Source: Oceanispirochaeta sp. | Lineage (GTDB): Bacteria; Spirochaetota; Spirochaetia; DSM-2461 | Assembly (NCBI GenBank): GCA_963663385.2 | Contig: CAXXXD010000002.1 | Location: 1,809,024-1,873,023, forward strand | DNA: 64,000 bases | Direction of reading: 5' to 3' | In this document: piece by piece, positions 52,369 through 61,155 of the stretch | Layout of the letters: every line of letters begins with the position of its first letter | Numbering within the stretch: the stretch's first letter is position 1 | The notes under the pieces: generated by a model | Seen by the model: the letters and a program-made list of their open reading frames with translations, nothing else | Database searches by the model: none | What the model was told of the DNA's origin: nothing | Program-made: the position numbers and the translations under genes

Positions 52369-53516
52369 TAAAAAGCCCGGACTGGAACACTGTCACTCCT
52401 GAAGACGCGAAGGAGTGGTTCCTTCGGGCCTATGGAGATCCCTCCCGGGACGATTATACCCCCCGGGAGCGTGTATTGCGCAGTCTGAACCGTCAGGAAT
52501 CGGACCGCGTCCCCTTTGACTTCTGGGGTGTTCCCGAAACATGGGATGCCCTGATGACGTTCTTCTCCCTGACCAGCGGACACGATCTTATGGATCTGCT
52601 CGGCGTGGACTGCCGGATAATTTCACCCGATTATATCGGCCCCGAGCCGGAGGTCCTTCCGGACGGGACCTTCTACAGCATCTGGGGATCTCTCAGAAAA
52701 ATTGTGGACAACGGGTTCTCCCGCTATGAGGAGTATGCCGGGTTTCCTCTGGCCGGGATGGCAACGCCGGGGGAGGTGGAGCAGTGGGAAAAATGGCCGG
52801 ACAGCTCCTGGTGGGACTGGAACAGTTTCGCTGCCAAAGCGGCTAAAGCCAACAGGAAAGCCCCTTACCATCTGCGCTATGATATAGGCGGTATATTTGA
52901 ATCCGCCTGGGGGTTGTACGGACTCGATAAATTCCTCATCGGTCTCTATGAAAATCCCGATCTTGTCTGCACCATTATGGACTGTTTTACCCAGATCTTT
53001 ATTAAAAACTTCAAATCCCTTATGGCAAAAGCCGAGGGGCTGGTCGATATGGTCTACACATACGACGACGTAGCCGTTCAGGACGGTCTGATGATGTCCC
53101 CGGACATGTGGCGCCGGTATATCCTTCCCTTCCATCGGAAGCTCAATAAGGTGATCCGGGAGTACGATGTCAAACTGATGTATCACTCCTGCGGCGCCGT
53201 GGGCGATCTGATACCCGCTTTTATAGATGAACTGGATATTGATGTTCTGAATCCGCTTCAGCCCCGTGCAAAGGGAATGGATATGGCGCATATCAAAAAC
53301 ACCTACGGAGACCGCCTCTGTTTTCACGGGGGAGGGGATCTGCAGAAAACCCTGCCTTACGGAACGGTACAGGACGTGCAGGATGAAGTTTCATTCCTGT
53401 GTAAAACCCTGGGACGTAACGGCGGTTATATCTGTGCGTCCGCCCACTATATCCAGGGGGATGTGCCGGTCAGGAATATTCTGGCTTTTTATGGTCAGGA
53501 GAGGGCGTTCCGGTAA
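52365..53516 (+). CDS. Uroporphyrinogen decarboxylase / MtaA-CmuA family protein
   Basis: TPRERV...DRVP, YDD, HSCG, LNPLQP, GGYI. Confidence 0.82.
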   Translation: MIKSPDWNTVTPEDAKEWFLRAYGDPSRDDYTPRERVLRSLNRQESDRVPFDFWGVPETWDALMTFFSLTSGHDLMDLLGVDCRIISPDYIGPEPEVLPDGTFYSIWGSLRKIVDNGFSRYEEYAGFPLAGMATPGEVEQWEKWPDSSWWDWNSFAAKAAKANRKAPYHLRYDIGGIFESAWGLYGLDKFLIGLYENPDLVCTIMDCFTQIFIKNFKSLMAKAEGLVDMVYTYDDVAVQDGLMMSPDMWRRYILPFHRKLNKVIREYDVKLMYHSCGAVGDLIPAFIDELDIDVLNPLQPRAKGMDMAHIKNTYGDRLCFHGGGDLQKTLPYGTVQDVQDEVSFLCKTLGRNGGYICASAHYIQGDVPVRNILAFYGQERAFR

Positions 53517-53737
53517 AAAAGCATATTAATCTTTTCGGAATAAACTATTATTGTATCCTTTGTACCAACCCTCACCCCCGGTCCCATGGTCATAAAATCT
53601 ACGGTTTAATTGCTTAGGCAGGCATCCAGCCTCTCCTAAAAGGAGAGGGGAGGTGTATTATTGGAATATTAATATAGATGAAGTTGAATAACAGATCTAT
53701 GAAGCAGGTATGGTAATCCCGCAGTTTATAGATTGAT

Positions 53738-53762
53738 AAGTGTCTACTTTAAGTGTATACTT
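53738..53762 (+). promoter_or_regulatory. TA operator (tandem quasi-palindromes)
   Basis: aagtgtctactt-t-aagtgtatactt just upstream of antitoxin. Confidence 0.5.
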
Positions 53763-53779
53763 CAGATAGAGGTAAATTT

Positions 53780-54025
53780 ATGAAGCTATCCCTGCTTGAT
53801 ATCAGAAAGAAACCTTCAAGGATACTTGAGGCGGTTGAACATAATGAGGATGTCATTATCAGTTCCCGCGGTCGTGATGTAGCCAGAATCTCTTCCATAG
53901 AATATCCGAAACCCATTATGGCGGCAGAAGAGCATCCGGCATACGGTATATGGGCAGACAGGGATGAACGGCCGGCAGATGAGCTTGTCAGGGATCTGAG
54001 AAAGAGACGTTACAGTGATCTTTGA
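53780..54025 (+). CDS. Phd/YefM-family antitoxin
   Basis: DIRKKPSRILEAV...VIISSRGRDVARI; overlaps PIN gene. Confidence 0.82.
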   Translation: MKLSLLDIRKKPSRILEAVEHNEDVIISSRGRDVARISSIEYPKPIMAAEEHPAYGIWADRDERPADELVRDLRKRRYSDL

Positions 54026-54392
54026 TACGGATGTTCTTATCTGGTTCTTCAGAGGAAAACCGAAAGCTGCAAAAGTTATCGAAGAAACCTCTGTTCGCAG
54101 AGTTTCCCTTGTAAGTTATATGGAGCTACTTCAGGGAGCCCGGACTAAACAGGAACTGATTCTAATACGGCGTTTTTTGAAAGACTTTGGATTTCAAACA
54201 CTGCCTGTTACAGAGAATATCTCCACAAGAGCATCTATTTATATGGAAGAGAACTGTCTGCAGAATGATATTTCAGTAGTGGATGCTTTGATTGCGGCAA
54301 CGGCAGTAGAGGAGGGGGATGCACTCTGTACGGGAAATGTTAAACACTTTCGCATTATTCAGGATCTGGAAATACATCATTTCAGGATTTAA
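54015..54392 (+). CDS. vapC: VapC-family PIN toxin
   Basis: IFDTDVLI, ELLQGA, DALIAATA, TGNVKHF. Confidence 0.9.
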   Translation: MIFDTDVLIWFFRGKPKAAKVIEETSVRRVSLVSYMELLQGARTKQELILIRRFLKDFGFQTLPVTENISTRASIYMEENCLQNDISVVDALIAATAVEEGDALCTGNVKHFRIIQDLEIHHFRI

Positions 54393-54513
54393 TCTTTTTT
54401 ATTCTTATTCTCTCCATAAGGAAAGTTGATTTCCGTATCATTTCCTTCCTCTGAAGATCATTCATTTTAATGAACTTCAATATTCATACTCATCTCACTG
54501 GAACATGCTCCGC

Positions 54514-54639
54514 TTATATGGCGAAGCGCACAGCTGCCAGGGACGGCAGCTGCAGATAACGCATTTTCTGATCAGAACCGGAGCCACGACGGCGGAGGGG
54601 CGGCCTGTGGTACCTGCCGGAAAAACTTCTTCAACGTGA
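54514..54639. repeat. 126-bp direct repeat, copy 1
   Basis: Aligns without gaps to 63875-64000, 11 mismatches by manual count; hairpin cagctgcc-agggac-ggcagctg. Confidence 0.92.
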
Positions 54640-54671
54640 AATGTTATTCCGGCGGAAAATAAAATTGGGAA

Positions 54672-54756
54672 TCATAACAAGGGCGCTGCACCTGTCCGTT
54701 TTACTGGTTCCGGAACGGATTGTTCAGCTGTTGGGCAGGTGAGCTCATGGTTATGA
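54672..54756 (+). other. Integron attC-like site
   Basis: tcataac...gttatga outer boxes; gctGcacctgtcc / gggcaggtgagc inner boxes with one unpaired base; overlaps stop of upstream minus-strand gene. Confidence 0.65.
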
Positions 54757-55311
54757 ATTTGGTAGTACCTTTTCTAAGTAGACATCTCCCCCTTTATGAT
54801 AAGGAAGAAGTTTCCAAGTACTTCCTTCCAGAGTATAGAAATAACATCTATCTTCAATAACGTTGATTAATAATAATGGTCCAATCCCTCCCATACCATT
54901 CCAAGATGAGATATAGTAATCTCCATATTTATAGATCATCCAAGAAGCAAATGGCCCAGAGAGTCGCAACCAGAGATAATCATTTTTATCTTTGCTAATG
55001 TTTATTTTTTCTAATAAAAAATCAAAAATATTTTTTTGATTAGGCACAATGTAATTCACAGAAACCCAAATGCCTTCTAAAACATAGTTGTTTTGATTTT
55101 GAATAACTTCAAGTTCAGAAAAAATATCATCCATAAATTTTATATAATCTCGTCCTTCTTGAATACTATAATTGTTTTCATTAAGAAATTTTTCATAATC
55201 AAATATACTTTGATTGCCAAAGGGATCTGCTATTTCTTTCTTTACAGTAATATCATTAGAATAAAGTGGAAAAATAACTAGAATAAAAAAAATATACATA
55301 CTTTTTTTCAA
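54751..55311 (-). CDS. Secreted hypothetical protein; putative immunity protein
   Basis: Signal peptide MKKSMYIFFILVIFPLYS; very AT-rich; 4-nt overlap with toxin stop. Confidence 0.7.
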   Translation of the reverse strand: MKKSMYIFFILVIFPLYSNDITVKKEIADPFGNQSIFDYEKFLNENNYSIQEGRDYIKFMDDIFSELEVIQNQNNYVLEGIWVSVNYIVPNQKNIFDFLLEKINISKDKNDYLWLRLSGPFASWMIYKYGDYYISSWNGMGGIGPLLLINVIEDRCYFYTLEGSTWKLLPYHKGGDVYLEKVLPNS

Positions 55312-56288
55312 AACCTTCTCCTTAATGGCATGAACTTAGGATCTATTAACATATCTCTTGAAAAGAATGTTTCAAAAGGTCGTCCATGTCTTTCATATAT
55401 ATTTACACTTGGAATAGAATCTGGAGCATAACCATTATGTAAAATAATAACGACATCTTCATCAATATATACAAATCCAAAATGCCCTTCATATTTACCA
55501 TTGTTACTACTTGTGTAATGTTTATAAAAAACATTCCAACCTGGATATGGTGTATTTCTAAGCATCCCCTTCATTAAAAATGCGTTCATATTATCAACAA
55601 CTGATGCATTGGGCCCAAGGGGAAGATACCGATGAACATCAGCTCCAAGAATCTTAAGCATATCAGCACCAAAATGTGTACACATATATTCTCCATTTAC
55701 ATATGGCTTTCCAAGAAGACCTGATTTTCTGGCTTTATCAAGTACCCAATCTTTTGGCATTTCAGATGGTTGAGCATAATAAGTGTCTTCAATCCATGAG
55801 TTTTGCATTCTACTAGAACGATGATCACTTGAATTTTCACTATGAGATACTACCATTGACGGTGTATTTTCCTGTGATTCATTTCCTGGATCATTTCCGG
55901 GTCCGCTCGGATTATACCCCGGGGGATTGTAAGGTGGAGGATTCGAGGGTGGAGAATTTTCAGTTTCAGGAGACTGATTAGTTGGGCCATCATCTTCCCA
56001 ATACCAATTATTCCCAAAGCCATCAGTCTTATGTTCTTGATCCGGATTACTACGATCTGGATTTTGTACCCATTCAAGACCTGTTGGATCAACATAATTC
56101 ACTGGATTATTTGAGCAATAAACATACCACGCTTGGCCATCCCTGGCGGGATCTTCACTGATGAATCTACCGGTTCCGGCATCATACCACCTTGCATTGT
56201 AGTAATAATCACCCTCTCCCCCTAAATCGTTGCAAAAAGGAGACCTGCAAGGAGGCGTTGAAACTGGAATTTCTCTAGTAGCTGTCAT
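55308..56288 (-). CDS. Orphan Rhs core fragment plus C-terminal toxin (NlpC/P60-like)
   Basis: YYYNARWYD...GRFISEDP...YCSNNPVNYVDPTGL; tip LGKPY..MCTHF..PG..F..GHFG..LH; first 27 aa are not Rhs-like. Confidence 0.85.
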   Translation of the reverse strand: MTATREIPVSTPPCRSPFCNDLGGEGDYYYNARWYDAGTGRFISEDPARDGQAWYVYCSNNPVNYVDPTGLEWVQNPDRSNPDQEHKTDGFGNNWYWEDDGPTNQSPETENSPPSNPPPYNPPGYNPSGPGNDPGNESQENTPSMVVSHSENSSDHRSSRMQNSWIEDTYYAQPSEMPKDWVLDKARKSGLLGKPYVNGEYMCTHFGADMLKILGADVHRYLPLGPNASVVDNMNAFLMKGMLRNTPYPGWNVFYKHYTSSNNGKYEGHFGFVYIDEDVVIILHNGYAPDSIPSVNIYERHGRPFETFFSRDMLIDPKFMPLRRRF

Positions 56289-56305
56289 GGTACGTTAATA
56301 AACTA

Positions 56306-57325
56306 TCATTTACCTATCTTACGGGCAAGCGCTTTTCTATTCTTCTCTCTTTGCTTCAGACTGTCCCGAACCAGAGTTTCCAGTGAATCAAGATAGGAGT
56401 CGGTCACCTCGGCGAAATGGAAATTCTCCCTGGGATGGTACTGCCTGTAGGAAGCCTTGATGTTCTCTTCGCTTTGCCGGGAGTAAACCACCGTGGTTTC
56501 CACCGATTCATGCCCCAAAAGCTCCTGAACATAGCGGATCTCCGCCCCGTGGGCCAGAAGATGGGAAGCACAGCCGTGCCGGAGGGAGTGGACGGTCAGC
56601 CCTTTCCGGTAGAGTCCGCACTTTTCACTCAGCAGTTTAAACCGTTTGTTGATCCCTCCGTGAGTAAACCGGTAGCCCCCGGAAAGGATCAGAGGCCTGT
56701 GGTGTGCTTTCACGCCTTCCAGATACTTATCCAGAAACCAGGCGGCCGCCTTGGTCACTGGGACCCGGCGGTCCTTGGAAAACTTGCTCTGGTGGATCCA
56801 CAATAACCGGCTGGCCGGATCGTAATCTTTCACATCCAGATGGGCCGCTTCGGAAGACCGGAGACCGGAAGAGTAAATCAGTTCAAACAGGGCCCTGTCC
56901 CGGAGCCCCAGGGGCTGGTGAATATCGATGGAATCCAGAAAGAGTGCGGTCTCGTCCTCACTCAAAACTTCTTTGATCCGCTCCTGCCGTTTCCCGAAGC
57001 GGACTGTCTCCACCGGTGAGGACAAAACCAGGTTGTTTTCATACAAACAGAGATAGAACTTTTTCACGGAGGTGAAAATACTCATCCTCGTTGAGTCCTT
57101 GTAGCCCCGTCCTCTCTCTCCGGGATGCTCCTGCAGCCAGGAAAGGAAGGAGACAATATCACTCCTTTTCACATCCCGGATGTCTTTCGTGCCAGTTTCA
57201 TCCAAAAAGGTAAAGAAGGGGGTAAGCTGAGCTTTCTTTGTCCGAATAGTTCCCTCTTTAAATCCCTGGGCCTTCAGGTATCCGGCGAAAAGGGAAAGGG
57301 CTTTCTGCCTTGAGAGTCTTTTCAT
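56306..57325 (-). CDS. Tyrosine recombinase (XerC/D-like) 2
   Basis: YSSGLRSSE, QSKFSK, HSLRH, LGHES, TVVY; start MKRLSRQK with ATGA overlap. Confidence 0.92.
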   Translation of the reverse strand: MKRLSRQKALSLFAGYLKAQGFKEGTIRTKKAQLTPFFTFLDETGTKDIRDVKRSDIVSFLSWLQEHPGERGRGYKDSTRMSIFTSVKKFYLCLYENNLVLSSPVETVRFGKRQERIKEVLSEDETALFLDSIDIHQPLGLRDRALFELIYSSGLRSSEAAHLDVKDYDPASRLLWIHQSKFSKDRRVPVTKAAAWFLDKYLEGVKAHHRPLILSGGYRFTHGGINKRFKLLSEKCGLYRKGLTVHSLRHGCASHLLAHGAEIRYVQELLGHESVETTVVYSRQSEENIKASYRQYHPRENFHFAEVTDSYLDSLETLVRDSLKQREKNRKALARKIGK

Positions 57326-58368
57326 CTCCTTTTTCCCAGCTGTCTGGGATGGTGGCGGTCCAGCTGCTCCTTTACCTCTTTCACATCCACTTTGGTGTAA
57401 ATCTCGGTGTTCCCGATGGCCCGGTGCCCCAGGATCTGCTGAATCTGCCTCAAGGGGCAGCCTTGTTTCAGAAGATGGTAGCCCAGACAGTGCCGGAGGC
57501 TGTGGGCTGTCATAAAAGGAATTCCGACTTCTTCGCAAGCCTCTTTCAGATCCCTGTTGAAAGCCTTTCCCAGTTCATCCGAGGAAGAGCCGAAAAGCCT
57601 TTCCCTGTTGCTCTTGCCGGTCAGGATCTCATCCCGAACGGTTAGAAACCGCCTTAATACACTGGCGGCGTAGTCGTTCAGGTAGACCTTCCGGTCGAAT
57701 CCTCCCTTGCCGGAGATAACGGTGATCTCTTTCCTTTCAAGATTCAGGTTCTCTTCCTGAAGGTCAGCCGCTTCGCTGATTCGGAGGCCCGAGGCGTAAA
57801 GCAGCTCGGCCAGCACATGGGTCAAATACCGCCTTTTCCGGGCTTTCAGTCCCTTCACGGCAGAGAAGTCCGCCAGACGGGAGAGAAGCCGGGCCAGTTC
57901 TTTCTCCATGGGTAAATCCCTGGGAATGATCCTTTCACCCCGGGGAGCTTTGACGGCGGTAAAGGGATCGGAAACAAGCTTTCCCGAATCCCTCATCCAC
58001 CGGCTGAAGGAGGAAGCGGCCTGACGGTAGGAAGCCAGGGTGTTTACCCTGTAGTCTTCTCCGCTTCCGGTTCCCCGTTCTGTAAGGTGTGCCATGAAGC
58101 CTCTGGCCGCCCGGATGTCCGTCTGATCCGCCGTCAGTCCTTCTTCTTCCAGATAGGCCAGAAAATGGGGAATCCGGCTGTGGGCGTTCCGGAGAGCCTG
58201 GGAAGAAGCTCCCAGGGCTTTTTTCTCTTCCAGATAGCTGTCTAGCAGGGTTTGATGGGCTTTATGTATGTTTCCTGCGCTTCCGGACACTTCCCTTCGG
58301 GAAGTTCCTGCCGCTTTATGAGAAAAGGAACCCTGACGCTCTCGCGTCAGCCTTTTATCATTATTCAT
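57322..58368 (-). CDS. Tyrosine recombinase (XerC/D-like) 1
   Basis: YASGLRISE, GKGG, HSLRH, LGH, TEIY. Confidence 0.92.
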   Translation of the reverse strand: MNNDKRLTRERQGSFSHKAAGTSRREVSGSAGNIHKAHQTLLDSYLEEKKALGASSQALRNAHSRIPHFLAYLEEEGLTADQTDIRAARGFMAHLTERGTGSGEDYRVNTLASYRQAASSFSRWMRDSGKLVSDPFTAVKAPRGERIIPRDLPMEKELARLLSRLADFSAVKGLKARKRRYLTHVLAELLYASGLRISEAADLQEENLNLERKEITVISGKGGFDRKVYLNDYAASVLRRFLTVRDEILTGKSNRERLFGSSSDELGKAFNRDLKEACEEVGIPFMTAHSLRHCLGYHLLKQGCPLRQIQQILGHRAIGNTEIYTKVDVKEVKEQLDRHHPRQLGKRR

Positions 58369-58390
58369 GCTCTGTCTCTCTCCGGGATTT

Positions 58391-58535
58391 TGTACCCACT
58401 TTCTCCTAAACCTTTACCGGATTTAACTTTAAGCCGAATAGTCGGCCTGTACCCGGTTTTCCCACTTTCGGCTAATCCCTTACCAGAACAACAATTATTG
58501 TTTTTCATCATTCCGTACCCGCTTTGTACCCGGTT
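58391..58535. repeat. Iterated GTACCC motifs, candidate replication origin
   Basis: gtaccc at 58392, 58449, 58515, 58526; tgtacccggtt twice; cccacttt twice. Confidence 0.5.
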
Positions 58536-61155
58536 CCCTGGTTAAATGGTCAGGTGAAGGAATCACCGAGTCATCGAAAAGAACTAGGTCAGAATCAGCC
58601 GCCAGTCCGTAACGCCTGGTCATACCCCGGCCCGATCCTTTGCTCCGGATGTATTCATACTCTGTCAAAAGCCTCATATTCTTCTTGATCAGCTCATGGG
58701 AGAATCCGGAGACCTCCCGGATCTCCCGCTGGGTCACCCAGATATCGGTCAGGAATAGCCCGTCCTTCTCCGCTTTGCTTTTAAGAAGATCCCGGAGCTC
58801 CTCATACAAAATGACAGCCGAACGGGGTAAAGTGGTCATGGTGGAAGAAAGCAGGGTCTTCATGATCCGGTAAGCCACCTTGTAGTCTTCCAGGTCGCAC
58901 TCTATGTAATGCTTCCCCTGATCATTCTTCTCCTGTTTCTGGTACTGCCTCAGGAAGCACACGCAGGCAATGAGGTCTACAAACCGTTCATGGTCCCGCC
59001 GGCTCCGCATCATGGAAGAGGGAAAGTCCAGCTCCCCGGCGAAAGGATTAACAATTACCCGGTTTTTCAGGAGCCTTTGGGCGGCCTGGTGGGTCTTAAT
59101 GATTTCCGGGAGATCTTCTTCCTTCTTCCGGTAGGCTTCCAGGGTGTACTTCTCCCTCTGCCTCCGGTGGATCTCCCTGGTCTGCTCCCGGCTCTCGTCT
59201 GTGTTTACCACAAAGCAGCGGGAGGCGTTCTCCGGGTTGATCTCCGTCGAAGTGGAGGACATCACGGCGGAAACAATGACTTTTTTCCGTACCAGCTTGC
59301 TGGTCATTCTTCCGGTCTTCTCATCCTTGGTGGTCACCAATCGGGACAGCTCTTTTCCGGATAACATCTCCCGCATCTGATGATCTACGCTCTCCGAGTG
59401 GACCGCCTCTCCCATGACCAGAAACTTGTGCAGCAGAGCTTCATCGGGAAGGTAGTTCAAGGCCTGGTCGGAAAGGCTGGTCATGGAAATCACATCCTCT
59501 TCGGGCATCAGCTTTTTTACCGTATCGATCAGAAAGCTTTTACCAGCGGCGGACTGGGAGATGACGATTACGCTTACCGGATCGGCCATCAGACGGGAGG
59601 AGGCGGCCAGGTACATAAGGATCTTGTTTTCCTCCTCTCCCACGTAGCCCAGAGCTTCCGTATCCCTGACAATCCTGTCGAAAAGATTGGGATCCTGTAA
59701 AAGGGAGAGGCCAGCTGCCTCTTCCTCAGGGGTCAAAGACCCCTTCTTTAAACCGGTATCCGAAAGGGCCCGTTCAGACTCTTCTTCCAAATAGTCCAGG
59801 ATATCCAGTAAATCCTTTTCAATCCTGGCGGATTCCTCGCCGAACCGGCGAGCGACCGCGACAGAGAAAAGGGTCCGGCTCCGGGCGGAGAAGAGGTCTA
59901 CATTGTCGATGAACTTGACAGTATCATCCGCCGGCCTCTGACAGCGGACATTCACCTTCAGGGAACTGACAAATCCTTCTTTAACTCCGATGATCCGGTA
60001 ATCCAGAGAAGAACAATGAAACAGGTACTTACCATCGGCCACCAGTGGCCTTTTATCACCCTCCGGCGGTTTCAGAATGCTGCTCTCGATCAGGGATAGA
60101 ACTTGTTCCTTTGTGATTTTTGGTAATGACTCATTCCAGTCCTTGGAAGGCGGGAAGATGGTTCTGACGGCAATACCCTTTTCGAAAAGAGTTTTTCCGA
60201 CCTTTTCTGCAGCCTCCCGGCCCGCTTCATCACCGTCGAAAGCAAGGACAACTTCCTTTGTACGGTTTTCTTTCAAAGCTTCTACAAGGTGACTGGTCAC
60301 CCCGTTGGCGCCGTAAGAGCAGGAAACATTTTCGCATCCCAAAACCATCAGCGAAAAGGCATCAATCACCGATTCTGTCAGGATCATCCGGTCCGGGTAA
60401 ACCTTGAATGCCTGGTGGTTAAACAGGCCCCGGTGGGGCCCTTTCAAATAAAGGTGTTTCACCCTGGACCTTTCATTTATCTTCCTGCCGTAAAATCTCC
60501 GGACTTTCCCATCGGAAGAATAGAGTGGGAAAACAATGCAGTCCCGGAAGGTTTCAAGGTTCTTTTCCGTAAAGAGGCCCGCCTCTTTCAGCTCCTGAAA
60601 CTGGACTTCGGACAGTTTGTCTTTCAAGTCTCCGGGGCAGTAGCCGACTTTCAGCCGTCCCAGAAGCTCCGGAGCATAGATCCCCCGTTTTTTCAGGTAG
60701 GAAACTGCTTCCGGATGGGAGAGCTGACGGTGATAGTAATCCGTTACATCTTCCAATGAGGTTGTTTTAAGCAGAGGTTCGCCCTCCAGTGGCACCGGCG
60801 GAGCCGGTACCTCCTTCGGCCTGAATGCCTTTCCCTCATCTCCTTTCAAGATAGCCAGAGCCTCTTTAAACTCCACGCCCTGGTGCCTCATCACAAAGTC
60901 AAACACATCCCCGCCGGCCCCGCAGCCGAAACAGTGAAACAGTCCCTTGGACTGGTCCACCGAAAGAGAAGGATTCTTGTCCTCATGGAAGGGGCACAGC
61001 CCCATGAAAGAAGAGCCTTTCTTCTCGAGAGAGATACCATAGGAGGTAATCACACTGACTATATCGGTTTGTGCCTTGATCCGGTCTTTTTCAAACTCGT
61101 CCAGCAGGGAAGCCCCCTTCAAAGGGCTCCTGCCTTTCAGCTTTGAAGAAGTCAT
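58495..61155 (-). CDS. CHC2 zinc finger-Toprim primase fused to P-loop NTPase (putative helicase)
   Basis: CPFH...CFGC; TESVIDA...FDGDEAG; SQSAAGKS; ATGA overlap with parA stop. Confidence 0.88.
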   Translation of the reverse strand: MTSSKLKGRSPLKGASLLDEFEKDRIKAQTDIVSVITSYGISLEKKGSSFMGLCPFHEDKNPSLSVDQSKGLFHCFGCGAGGDVFDFVMRHQGVEFKEALAILKGDEGKAFRPKEVPAPPVPLEGEPLLKTTSLEDVTDYYHRQLSHPEAVSYLKKRGIYAPELLGRLKVGYCPGDLKDKLSEVQFQELKEAGLFTEKNLETFRDCIVFPLYSSDGKVRRFYGRKINERSRVKHLYLKGPHRGLFNHQAFKVYPDRMILTESVIDAFSLMVLGCENVSCSYGANGVTSHLVEALKENRTKEVVLAFDGDEAGREAAEKVGKTLFEKGIAVRTIFPPSKDWNESLPKITKEQVLSLIESSILKPPEGDKRPLVADGKYLFHCSSLDYRIIGVKEGFVSSLKVNVRCQRPADDTVKFIDNVDLFSARSRTLFSVAVARRFGEESARIEKDLLDILDYLEEESERALSDTGLKKGSLTPEEEAAGLSLLQDPNLFDRIVRDTEALGYVGEEENKILMYLAASSRLMADPVSVIVISQSAAGKSFLIDTVKKLMPEEDVISMTSLSDQALNYLPDEALLHKFLVMGEAVHSESVDHQMREMLSGKELSRLVTTKDEKTGRMTSKLVRKKVIVSAVMSSTSTEINPENASRCFVVNTDESREQTREIHRRQREKYTLEAYRKKEEDLPEIIKTHQAAQRLLKNRVIVNPFAGELDFPSSMMRSRRDHERFVDLIACVCFLRQYQKQEKNDQGKHYIECDLEDYKVAYRIMKTLLSSTMTTLPRSAVILYEELRDLLKSKAEKDGLFLTDIWVTQREIREVSGFSHELIKKNMRLLTEYEYIRSKGSGRGMTRRYGLAADSDLVLFDDSVIPSPDHLTREPGTKRVRNDEKQ

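Noticed and set aside
56135..56150. gccagggatggc in the Rhs core resembling the repeat's hairpin motif
   Set aside because: It encodes conserved core residues (PARDG) and is short; probably coincidence.
56306..58368. Integron integrase (IntI) or chromosomal xerC/xerD
   Set aside because: Both lack the IntI-specific insertion before HxxR and sit in tandem in a primase operon, which points to a mobile element.
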